Source: Lama guanicoe (lineage: Eukaryota). Taken from it: a DNA stretch of 64,000 bases. Both the position numbers and the translations under genes were made by a program. This document shows, in pieces, positions 47,461 through 58,760 of this stretch. A model generated the notes under the pieces. The model ran no database searches. It was not told the DNA's origin and saw only the letters and a list, made by a program, of their open reading frames with translations. The stretch lies in assembly GCA_013239625.1 (NCBI GenBank), contig MU054338.1, positions 3,433,371 through 3,497,370 on the forward strand, read 5' to 3'. Position 1 is the stretch's first letter; every line of letters starts with the position of its first letter.

Positions 47461-49111
47461 GAACAACAGCTGCCTCTGGAAAGAGAAACCAGGCAGCTGG
47501 ACACAGGGGGAAGGAGGCTTCATACCTTGGTAACTTTTTTAGATTTAGAACTATTTGGAGTTAAGTTGAAATTGTTATTTTTCTAAGGTTTGAATTAAAA
47601 GGTGAGCCAATTAAAGAAAAATATTGAGTAAGTAAGAGTTTGGGGTCTGAAGAGAGGCAGAGAGAGAACAAACAAGTCAAGTCTGAGCAACGCCAGGTCT
47701 CTGAGCACTGACCCACGTGGGTCCACCTAGAAAGTTCTAGCTGCTTGGAAGCGCTGAGAAGTTCAAGGAGGCCTCAGGTGCCAAGTCTGGGTGCCTACAG
47801 ACCACAGTTTCTCCCATCCGTGATTCAGGCTGGGCTTTGAGTGAAATGGAGTCCCTGTCCCAGTGGCTTGCCTGGTCTCGCCTCCCTCATTCAAGGCTGT
47901 GCTTCTACTGTTGTGGCCATGTAAGGCTACACTGGCTGTTTCTCTGGGAAATCGGTAGACCCACTGTGTGCAGGCATGTGTGGCCTCATTCAACTCCTAG
48001 GTATGCTACTGAGGTGATGAGAGTTAATCTCACTGTACAGATAGGATTTTATGGATTCAGGGAGGCTAATGAGCTAGCACGAGGTCACACAGCTCAGAAA
48101 TGACAGCACCAGGGTTCGAACCCGGGTCTATCTGTCCCCAACCCCACATCTTGTGGTCCTATCACTTCCAGGCCAAGTTAAACCTGATCGACATGCTTTT
48201 GCTCCACGCTGAGCCTGGGGCTGGGCTCGCCTCCCTGGGTCTGCCTGCACGGGGTGCCCTTCCTCCAGGAATGGTGACTGGGGCCATAGGGGTCCCCAGC
48301 CAAGGTCATAGGGGAAAGTCACTGTGGCTGCGTTAGGAATCTTGCTTCTGGGAAAATCCTCCTTCGGGAGCCACTGGAAGGAAGGGCTGGAGCAGGCTGC
48401 CTGTTCACGATTTGGAGCTAGGGACACACCCCGAGCCCCTTCCAATCCAGGGAACGAGATGCTCCCAGGGGAGCCTGTGCTTTCTTTCCTCCTCCCTTCT
48501 CATCTGGCAGCTTCAACCTCAGCTCGGCCAGCACCTCCCCTGGGGAGCCTTCTTGGATTACCACTGGCCGGGTCAGGACCCCCTCTGTCCCCATCGTTTG
48601 GCTCTGATCACACTGGGCTGAGATATTTGGTTATGTGCCATCTGGGACCCCACTCTTTGGGACTCTATCACCCCTCCTTTCTGTGCCTGGAGACCCTTGA
48701 GAAAATGGGGCTCTGAACCTTGATGCCTGCCTAACAACTGGGCCCAGGGAAGTTGCCCTCTTGCTCCCTGGCACCCTCTCTCTGCAGGGCAGACATCTCC
48801 GGGCAGCTCTGGGATCCCAGACATCCTGGAAGAGCTTTCTCGGCCTGCAGCATACCCCATCAGAATATTTCTTGTGGACAGGTAGATTCTCTCACTTGGA
48901 CAAACCCTTCTCTCCCCTTCTTGGAAAAGAGGCCCCAGACACAAGAAAGACATACTGGGGTATGGCCAGCACAAAAGCAGTGTTCTCACACTCAGAAAGG
49001 GCAAGTGACTGGCCCCTAGTCACCCAGCTTGTGATGGGCAAGAGCTGAGATTCCAACCCAGTCTCGTCTGGACCCTGCAAATAGTACACTTGATAAACAG
49101 GGTTGTGGGGA

Positions 49112-49149
49112 GCTCCAGTTGTGCAATCGGTTAGCATGCAGTACTTATA
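49112..49149 (+). pseudogene. tRNA-Ile(UAU) 5'-half tailless retropseudogene
   Basis: GCTCCAGTTGTGCAATCGGTTAGCATGCAGTACTTATA versus the recalled tRNA-Ile-TAT 5' exon GCTCCAGTGGCGCAATCGGTTAGCGCGCGGTACTTATA (33/38, mostly CpG decay). TSD AAACAGGGTTGT(G/A)GG at 49095-49109 and 49151-49165. Confidence 0.85.
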
Positions 49150-51462
49150 CAAACAGGGTTGTAGGTCTTCAATGATGGAGAGCACCCTGGGTGTTCCCAT
49201 TTCTTAGATGAAGAGACTGAGGTTCAGAGTGGTGATGCCAACAGCATGGAGGCTGGGAAGGGTTTGGCCTGATTTCTGTTTTTTCATTTCAAATTCTGCA
49301 GAAAAAGAATCTGGTGGCAGAGCTGGAGACTCACCCACCCGTCCCCTCCAACCCAGCCTGGGCTGGCCGCACAGCACCCTGGGAAGGTCCCAGAGGACCA
49401 GAAGCTGTTTCTAGGGCGGAAATCACTCCTCCTGGTGCTGACTGGTGGACACTGGAGCTGCCTGCCTGAGCTCTCTACGGCCTGATAGCCCCCACACAGA
49501 TGGCTTCCTGAGGACCTCGGCTACTCTTTGAAGCTGGCAGTGCCAATCACAGTGCCCATAAGCCCCCCGACTGACCTCCCAGGTGACAGGGTTCCTGTTA
49601 AACAGACCACCTACTCAGCTCAAGATGCCCCAGTTTTGGAGATGGAGGCCTGGGGTTGAGTCTAGGCCACTACCAGCGCCTACAGGAATACGGTAGTAAC
49701 AACCACAGGGCTCTCTGCGGGAGACCCACTGAGCTAGCTCCAGTCACATGCTCAGTGCCGACACCCAGGCTCACACTCCCCCATGACTCACCTGGACCAG
49801 TGTGGTCCCCTCTGCCCTGGCTCCCCTCATCCTGTCCCCACCCCCTGCCAAGTCTGTCCTCCCTCAGCAGCCAGAGGGACCTGTGGGCACCTAAGTCAGG
49901 TCTTGTCCCAGCATCCTTCCTCTGCCCACAACACTCCAGGACTCCTACCTCCCTGGGAGCAAAAACCCAAGTCCTCCTTCAGGCCACAAGACCCTGCCTG
50001 ACCTGCCCTGTCTCCTCCCTACCCCTACTTTCTGCCTCTCTCAGCTCCAGCCACAAAGGCCTACTCACTGTTCCTCCAATATGCAGGTGTGGTCCTGCCC
50101 CAGTGCCTTTGCACCAGCCGTGCCCTCTGCCTAGGACCCTTCTCCACCCCCAATACCCATGGGCTACACTCCTTAGCTCCTTCAGGTCTCTGTTCAGATG
50201 CCACTTCCTCGCTGCAAACTCCCTCAATGCCCTCCCACCCATTTAAAATGCAGCCCCCAACTACCCTCCACCTCCATCTCCCTTTTGGCTTATCTTGCTC
50301 CCAGGCACATCTACCAGCCAGCGCAGTGGGTGTCTCTCCCTCACGAGATTACCACCTCTGAAAGGGGGTGGAATATTTGTTTTGTCCCTCAGGTCTAAAC
50401 CAGTGCCTGGCACACAGTAGGTGCTTATTAAAAACCCACCGAATACACGAGCGCACAGACCCACCCCGAGGTCACACATCAGAGCCAGGATTCAAACCCA
50501 GGCGAGGAGAGTCTCCCAACCCTGTGATCTCCATCCCCTCATCACAATGGCCGCTTTGCAGCCTCAGTTTTCTCATCTATAAATGAGAATGCTCTCAGCT
50601 CCATCCCACTGAGAGGTTGAATCACTAGCCCAAGGTCACACAGCAGGTTGGCAGCACAGGATTCAAACCCAGATTAACAGCAGATCCCAGTTTCTTTCTC
50701 TGCTGGCCTGACTCTTGGTGTCCCCATGGGCCTAAGTGCCTAAGTGATACCTCCTCCGGGCCCCTTGTGGTGGGACAGACCTTGGCATTGGGCCCAGGAC
50801 TAACCTTCATCCTTTCCATGTTACTGCCAGAAACACAGCCGTGACCATCCCCAAACTGCACCAGCGTCTTTCTACACCTCCAGGTCTTTGCATGTACTAA
50901 CACCTTTGCGAGTAATGCCTTTTCCATCAGCAAACTTCTATACACCCACAAAATCCCAGCTCCAGTGCCCTCTCTCCCAAGAAGCCTCCCCTGGCTCTGC
51001 CTGAGGTCTGATTGCTTGTGTGTCTACTAACTGGGGGCTAGTGTTTCTACCTGTGGTAAGAGAAGATGAACTCTGTAGCTCACTCAGGAGTGATTTCAAG
51101 AAAGTCCCTGCCCACTCTGAGCCTCAGCTTCTCCTGTCAAAAAACGTGGACGGTAACGGAAATGGCATGCTGGGTCGGTGAGGCGGAGGGAGATGAAGCA
51201 GGTAAAGCCTGCAGTTAGCACCGGGCTGGGTGCAGAGCTGCTGCTGGGGAGACGGACATCGTCATCATCGTTACTATAACTGCTTCTTAATACCATCCTT
51301 GTTATTCTCCTCGAAACCTCTCAGGACCCAGTGCATAGCAAGCATTCTACTAGCCCCATTTACGGAGCACAGAGGCTTGGCTCGGCAAAGCCCCGCTGAG
51401 GAGGTGGGGACACGTGTTCACACTCGCACATGTAAAATGCAAACTCATATGCCCGTACGTAC

Positions 51463-51553
51463 CTTCTGCGGCACAGCCTCCAACCAGCAGGACCACAAGG
51501 AGGCCCACGGGACTGACCACAGACGCCAGACCATGGCCCCAGGCAGGCGCCAT
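51463..51553 (-). CDS. PTPRS: PTPRS exon 2 coding part (signal peptide); full exon 51463-51653
   Basis: ATG at 51553. MAPAWGHGLASVVSPVGLLVVLLVGGCAAE. Acceptor TTTCTGCAG|51653, donor AAG|GTACGT. 91 coding nt. Confidence 0.95.
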
Positions 51554-51837
51554 GCTCAGCAGCGACCTGCAACCTCCGACCTCCGCCCTGGAGGGGGATG
51601 GCCCCCGGTCCCTCAAAGAGAAGCCTTGAGCCAAGTGTCAGACGGGGCAGTGTCTGCAGAAAGACAAAGCCAAGTGTCAGAGGGGGCGCAGAGGAATCCG
51701 GGGGCCTTCGCGGGGGAGGTGGCGGGAGGATCACAGAAGGACAGAGGAGAGTCACGGGATGAGGGGGAGAGGGTCCCAGGACCATGGAGGAGGGTCATGG
51801 AGTGATGACAGGGCAGAAAGAAAGTTCTGAGCCCCTA

Positions 51838-52168
51838 CTTCGGACTGAATTGTGCACCCCCCAATTATTATACTGAAACCTAACGCCCAGTGTGATGGTG
51901 GTAGGAGGCAGGGCCTTTGGGAGGTGATAGGTCATGCGGTGGAGCCCTCGTGAACGGGGTTAGTGCCCTTATACAGGGACGCCAGCGAGCTCCCTGACTG
52001 CACAGCGAGAAGACGGTAGTCTGTGAACCAGGAAGTGGGTTCTCACCACACACCAAATCTGCCAGTGCCTTGATCTTGGACTTTTGGCCTCCAAAACCGT
52101 GAGATATGTGTGTTGTTTATAAGCCTACAGGCTAGCGCATTCTGTCATGTCAGCCCCAACGGACCGAG
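51838..52168 (+). mobile_element. MaLR solo LTR (MLT1A-like)
   Basis: ggactgaattgtg...cccagtgtgatggtggtaggaggcagggcctttgggaggtgataggtcatg...cttgatcttggactt...gttgtttataagcc. Confidence 0.75.
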
Positions 52169-53154
52169 ATGGCCTCCACCGCTGCTGAGTCCTGATCCCA
52201 GCTAAGCCAGACCTCAGCCCTTGGCCAAGCTCCTGACCCCGGATGGAGCCCCACACCAGGACTGAGCATCAGCTCTAGAAATTGCTCTGAACATCCAATT
52301 TCTCGTCCCTCGCAGGCTGAGCGTCCCACAGGATGCAGCTCCAGCTAACACTGCCGACTGTCCCTTTGACCAGGACCCATTTGGCCACCAGACAGATCTT
52401 CCTCCAAAGCATACCTGCTGGCCCCTGCCCTGCTCTAACACCTCCCGTGGCTCCCATCACCCCCAGAGGAAGCCACTCCTGCTGATCTCGCCCCCTCCTC
52501 TCGTGGGAGGTGCAGCCATGCAGCCCCAGCTCAGCCCCACCTCCAAGCCTTTGACCCTGCTGTGCTCTTGGCTGGGAATGCTGCTCCCCCTACTACCGCG
52601 TGACCCATCTCAGCTCCACTGTCACTTCCTGTGGAAGCCCTCCCTGCCCCTCGAAGGTCAGCCCCCACCCCCATTCTACATCCCACGGCCTCACAAATGC
52701 CTATGCCCATCCGCGGCATTTACCCCAGTTTGCAAGTCAAGTGCGAATGTTAATTACTAAGCGTCTGTTTCTCCCATGAGAATCTGAACTCCTCCAGTGC
52801 AGAAGGGTCCCCCTCAAGGGCCAAACCCTGGGATGGTCACCTCCTCAGTGCCCACATTGGCTGGAGCCAGGGCACAAGGCTAGGGAGGGGCTGAAGGATG
52901 AGGCCCTCGTGGCCGGGTCAGTCCTACACCCACCCCAGGCCATGCCTCGGGCGGGTCCACACCATGGCCACAGGGATGGGCCCACATAATGAGGGGGGCA
53001 GCCCCTGTGATTCTGGCTCCCAAAATACCCAGCTGCGGTCACCTCGCCCAGCCCAAGTGGCCCCAGGGGAAGGCTGGGCTGGCGGTGGCAGGGTCATGGC
53101 CCAGGGTGGAGTCGGGGGAGGGGGGAGCCGAGATGAGGAGGGTGGGGACAGGGG

Positions 53155-53812
53155 TGCTCAACAGACACACAGTCAGACTGTAGACAGACAAGACAGAGAA
53201 GGATGCTTGCACATAGTCAGGCCACAGACAGACCCAGACACAGTCAGACTACAGACAGACAGGGAGACCAGACACAGGAAAAGATACATTTGTACAGTCA
53301 GGTAACACAGATGGGTCCACACGCATAGTTAGGCCAATAAAACTTACACACAGACCATGAATGAGGACAGGTGCAAAATCGGACAGACACAGGGTCACAA
53401 TGGGGCAGATGATACATGCACCCAGCCAGACCACAAGCGCAGTCAGATCAGACACACACTGGTAGACATGAAGACCACAGCCACACAGCCAGATGAGACA
53501 CACACAGGGCCACGGTCAGGCAGGCAATACACATTCACGGTTGGGGTGCAGGCAAACATGAATATGGAGGCAGATCAGAGCTCCCCGGGGCACAGCCGGT
53601 AAAAACACAGCCCACAGACTCCGCTGCGTGCACGCAGCGGGGCCACGGAGACAGGCTACGCAGTCAGCAGACCACACTCGCACCCAATCAGACGACACAC
53701 ACAGACACGCAAAGTCAGTCCCCCTCGTCCACGTGGATGGGCCCAGACGGGCACGCGCACAGTCAGACCACAGATGCGCACTGGGACACAACTGGTCGGG
53801 GACACACAGATG
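53155..53812. repeat. AC-rich low-complexity degenerate repeat (cagtcagac / cacagac units)
   Basis: Recurrent (c/t)agtcaga and acacaga motifs. Confidence 0.6.
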
Positions 53813-56800
53813 GGGGCTCTGAAGCCTCGAGCCAGCCCCTTTCCCTGTGCCCCCACTAAGGGCCCTTTAAGAGCAAAAAAGTGGCCGACGGGGAAGGGGA
53901 AGGCCCTAGCTGGGGAAACAGCCCAGGGCCAGCTGAGGGCAGAGTGACCCCAGCAGCCGGCCCTGCCCACAGAGGCACATCAGCTTGACCACACCTGGGG
54001 AGGGGGGCTTTGGCACAGACCACTTGGATCAGCGGGCCAGCCCCTCAGAGAGCCTCTGGGGAAACCGAGATAGCAGCGCAATGCAGAGGGGCTCAAACCA
54101 GGGCGGCCAGGGCCTCCCAGGATGGGGGGGAACCTTCCTGCTCCAGCCGCAGTCTCCTCACCTACAATACCAGCTGGCATGGGCAGGGGTCACCTGCACA
54201 AAGGGCCCTGGCCACGATACCGCCCCTGCTCCCCCCGCACCATGAGAGCCAGGGCCGCAGCCTTCTAAACAGAGAGGCCCCTAATTATCCCCCGGCTCCC
54301 GCAGCCAGAGCTCGCTGGGCCCACGCCTTCTCAATGTCTGGACAGAACGGGTCCAATCCAGGCGCAAGCGGGGCCCGACCACGAGCTCTGACTCCCCCGA
54401 AAACACCATCCAGCCTGCTGGGTGGGGGAAGACACAGCCCTGGGGGCTTCAAGGCCTGGATGACAGAGCAGGAATGGGGTGGGAGGTAAGAGACAGACTC
54501 AGGGAGGAGAGGTTCAGACAGAATATAAATGGTTAAAAAGTTCCAGGGTCCCTTAGGCCCTCACCCTCCCTGGGGGGACTTCGCAGGGTGGGCCCTGCCA
54601 AGCCCGTCATCCCCTCGTCTTCTCTGGCTTCCTGCAAGACCCAGTGTGGGGTCTTCTGCAGGTGGTTGGGGGACAACGTAAGTAAATCCTTCCATCTCTG
54701 CCTTCAAAATTTATCTCAAATCTGTCCAATTATTACCTCTTCTGCCCCTAACTGGTCAGGTGCCACCATTGCTCACCTTGACCCATGCAGTCATCTCCTG
54801 CTAAGCCCCTCCCAGTCTGTCCTCCCCTCAAAGCCAGAGGGCCCCTGTGAGTACCTGAGCCAGGTCCCATCCCTCCTCCTTTGGGGGTAAAAGCCCAAGT
54901 CCCCCACACCGTCCACGAGACCCTGCACTGCCTATCTCCATCCCCTCCCTGGCCCCACCTCCTCCCTCTCCCCCCCTTGCTCATTCTGCTCCAGCCACAG
55001 GGATCTCCTGGCTGTCCCTCCAACAGACCAGACACAGTCCTGCCCCAGGGCCTTTGCACCTGCTGTGCCCTGTGCTGGACGTCTCTGCCTCCAGATTTCA
55101 TGTTAACATTATTACTGGCTGAGAATTGGGGAGGAGGGGCATCTCCACAGAAGAAACAGCATGAGGAAAGACAAGAAGCAGTACCTAGGGGTCCTAGGAG
55201 GGAGATGGGGAAAGATTAGGGCAGAACGGTGGATATGCACTGAGCTCACAGGGCAAGGAGCCCTAGGCTGCCCTGAGCAGGGAGGGACGTGGCCAGGTTG
55301 GCCCTAGGCCAAGCCTCCTCCCTGGCCCTCTTGCCGAAAAGCAGCCTGGGCCACCAGCCCCACCACTGCTGAGAAGGGGAAACTGATGGAGGTGCGTTGG
55401 GACCACATAATGCAGCAACCCCCAAGTTCTTGGGGGATGGCATGGCCATTAAGGGAACAGCCACCCTTGGGAGTCACAGGAAACAACCCGGGTGGTAAAT
55501 GAGGCTGGGCTGGGGATAGGGAGGAGGGAAGGGAGTAGCCTCCGATCCTGGAACCCAGGGCCCAGGGCAGGTCCCTGCCCACCCCTGTGCCAGGCACTGA
55601 GCTGTCCACCATCTGCTCCCAGCCACCAGCCAGACGTGGGTGCCTGTCTTGCACAGATGAAGAAACTGAGGCTCAAGGAGGAGTGGGGACTTGGTTCCAG
55701 GGCCCACATTTAACCCACAACTATGTCCTTCCTTGACCACTGTGTGATCTCAGGAAAGTGGATGACCCTCTCTGGGCCCCATGCAGCCTGCTGGATGGCC
55801 TCTGGGGACTCCCAGGCCTCACTTGCAGGGGGCGGGTGGGCTCCCATTCCAGCCAGGCGCCAGGGAGCAAGTCACGAGATCTTGGAGCCAGCCCTGTGTA
55901 CCCACGCGGAGCAGGGAGCATAAAAGGGTGATTATGACCCAGGACTGCGCAGCAAATAGGCTGTGTCACCCGCACGAAGCCAGGTCTCCTGGGGCCTGGG
56001 GACTCCCTGCTGCCTCTCCCTTCCATGCCTCGGGGTCTGGTCCATCCTGGGGGCCTAGGGGCTCATCTGTGCAACCCTGACCCTCAGGGACTTCCCAGGG
56101 CCAGAGGCCAGGGGAAGGGAAGGCCAGTGACAATGACAATGGAGCTTACGGAAAAGCCCTCCAGTGATGCACAACCTCTGTGCCCTCACATCCACCCTCC
56201 ACACCTCTCCAGCCCACCACCTCCCTTCTGGGCCCATGGACTTCCCTGCTGCCTGGAGCCCCTTTCCCAGGCCTCAGAGCCCCTGGAGGGCAGGACCTGG
56301 GCCTCCCTGTAGCCTCCCTGGGCTGCTGGGTCCCCAGAGTGTGAAGCAGCGTCCAAGCTCCAGTCCTCATGAGCTCCAAGAGGCTCTGAACAAGCCCCTC
56401 TCCCTCTTGCGGCCTCCATGACCCCCCACCAGGAAATGGGCTCAGGGTGGGGCCGGGTGGGGCTGCCCCCACCCTCCTTCCCAGAACTGGCTAGGACCAG
56501 AGATTAGGGACCCGCCTTTAAGTGACTATCAATTGGTATTGAGTGCTGTCCCCAAAGGTCCCCAAGGCCACGAGTGGATGGGCAGGGCAGCTGGGAAGCC
56601 AGGCCCAGCCCGGGAGGAAGAAATTGGTAATGTCAGGTGGGTGCCCCCCATGTGCTGAGCCCTCTTAAATACTACCCATGCTTCCTTCTGTTTGACAGAT
56701 GAGGAAACAGGCTCAGAGAGGGGCAGGGGTACATCGACGGTCACACGGGGGAAGGGGATGGGCTAAGATTTGAGGCCAGAGACCAGCACTCAACCAAGCC

Positions 56801-58379
56801 CAGAGCCCACGCTCTCTGGGTGCCCAGGCTGCCAGGTTCACCCCTGCCAGCGTGTCCTCCACACTGGCTTCATCGGGAAGCCTGAAACACCAAGAGCTAT
56901 GTGCGCCCCTGCCCTGCTCACACCCCCAGGGTCCCCCAGGGCTCCCCAGAGCCTCTGCTCAGTCTCCTGGGCCTGCCCTGCTGCCTCTTCCCACAAGTCA
57001 CCCCATTTCTCAGAATGCACAGGTCTGCCTCGAGCCTCTAGGTCTTTCTTAAAACACATCCCTCCTACCAGGGGGCCCACCATACTTCAAGCCACAGCCA
57101 CAGATCTTCCCACCCAAGACAGCTTGGACTCCCTCTGGACTCTTCCTCCGACCCAAGGACCCCTCCTGTGCCCAGCCCTGACCCCCTTCCCTGGATTCCA
57201 TCAGTGTCTATTAAAATTTAGTCTGCTAATCTCAGCCTCCAAAACTGCCAACTCCATGGTGTTGCACCCCGAGCTCCTTGCTTGTCCCCTTGGTGCCCCT
57301 ACTCACTGCCTCCTGGCTCCCAGAGGGACATTTGTGCATACTGTTCCTTTCACTCAGCACACCTTTCCTCCTGCTCCATCAAACCTCAGCCTTCACACTC
57401 ACCCTCAGGTCTCAGCTGAGTGGTCACCTCCTCTAGGAAGCCCTCTGGATACCCCAGGCTGGATCAAGGCCCCAGCATCAGTGTCTCCCAACACAACTCT
57501 GCTCCTGTCACAGACCTCTCATTCTCCAGAACGAGAGCCTTCCCCTCATCCCGGGAATGTGCATTGATTAGACACCTACTTCACGCCTGGCCCCACCTGG
57601 CACATTGCCCGTATTGTTCCTGTGGTCACATCCATTTCAAAGGGGGAAACTGATGCCAGCAGAGGCCAACCCGGGCGTGGCCCCAGCCACAACCTCCATC
57701 TGCTCTCGGTGGGGGCAGGGGTGGGAGTCAGCTCAAGATTCAGGGGATGGAGGTAAGGCTCAAGGAAGGGCAGGCAGGGCTTGGCTCCCCGCCCCGCAGC
57801 CCAGGAGATACAGGAAGCCCCTCTGGGGTCGCCCAGGGCTGAGTAGGAACCCTGGGAAGCAAGACTCTCCGGGCAATAATGGGGGGTACAGAGGCATGAA
57901 GCTTAGGGACGGGTGGGAATGGGAAGCCAGAAGGTGGAAGGTGACATGTTTGTCCCGACCCCATTTTATTAAAGCCCCAAGGCCCAGCATTTACCTGGGG
58001 TCCAGAAGCCTGAGGGGCACAGAAGTAAACAGAGCGAGGAAAACTTGCTGTGAGTTTTGCAGAGCGCCTGAGAGCAGGGACCCCAGCCACTTACCCCTCC
58101 TCACCCAACCCCCATAGTCCTGCTACCTCCTCTGTGGAGCGGGTCCCCAGCGGAAGGATGCCAAAGCCCCCTATCAGAAGCCCGCTATCAGCGCACCCCT
58201 GGGCTGGCAGCGAAGGCTGCCCCCGCCCAGCTCCGCCCCCAGGAGGTGGGGGAGGAGGTCGGGCTGGGGGCCAGGAGGGGGAGGGGTCCCCACGGAGCAT
58301 AACGGTCTGGAGTTTTCCAAAGTACAAGCAACCGACCTGAATGGGGTTGGAGGAGGCGCCAGGCAGGGACAGGCTCGAG

Positions 58380-58760
58380 CCGTCCCTGGAGGGCAGCTGG
58401 GCCTGGCCGCGCGGGGCGGGGGTATGCGGGGAACGCAGGGGTCCCCCCTCCCGGGAGCCTGAAAGGGGGCAAGGAGAGGGACAAAGCCCAGCGCAGACTG
58501 GGTCTCGGGGTGGAAGGGGGTCCTGACGCACTCACCCAGCGGCTCAGAGATCGGGGCCCGGGCCCCGCGCTGCCTCGGCCGGGCCGCTGCAGCGGGTCCC
58601 TGGGTCCGCCCCGAGCGCGGCGCGCGGCGCGGACTCGCAGAGGCCGAGGCCCAGGGAGCTCGGCCTGGGGGCGGGGGCGGGGGCGGGGCAGGGACTCGGG
58701 AGCCGGCCGCAGGCGGGGCCTAGCCGGAAGTGGGGGTGGGGGGGGACCAGTGGGAAGCCA
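58380..58760 (-). promoter_or_regulatory. CpG-island promoter with SP/KLF GC boxes and an ETS site
   Basis: Dense CpG. (GGGGGC)x3-GGGG at 58667-58688, GGCGGGGC at ~58712-58719, CCGGAAGT at 58724-58731. No TATA box seen. Confidence 0.65.
58536..58640 (-). other. PTPRS: Probable alternative non-coding first exon (5' boundary approximate)
   Basis: Strong donor TGG|GTGAGT (GT at 58535-58534) inside a CpG-rich island, just downstream of GC boxes and ~6.9 kb upstream of the ATG exon. Confidence 0.6.

Larger units (their letters stand above)
421..58640 (-). other. PTPRS: PTPRS gene body (partial; 3' exons lie below position 1)
   Basis: The spliced translation [48 protein letters not shown]...[15 protein letters not shown]...IKCDQYWP matches PTPsigma as I recall it. 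Introns are GT-AG with consistent phases, except the exon 15 acceptor (see findings). Confidence 0.98.

Noticed and set aside
56770..57567. 265-aa plus-strand ORF
   Set aside because: Starts with TTG, is Pro/Ser/Leu-rich, and overlaps L2-like relic sequence; no splice or domain support.
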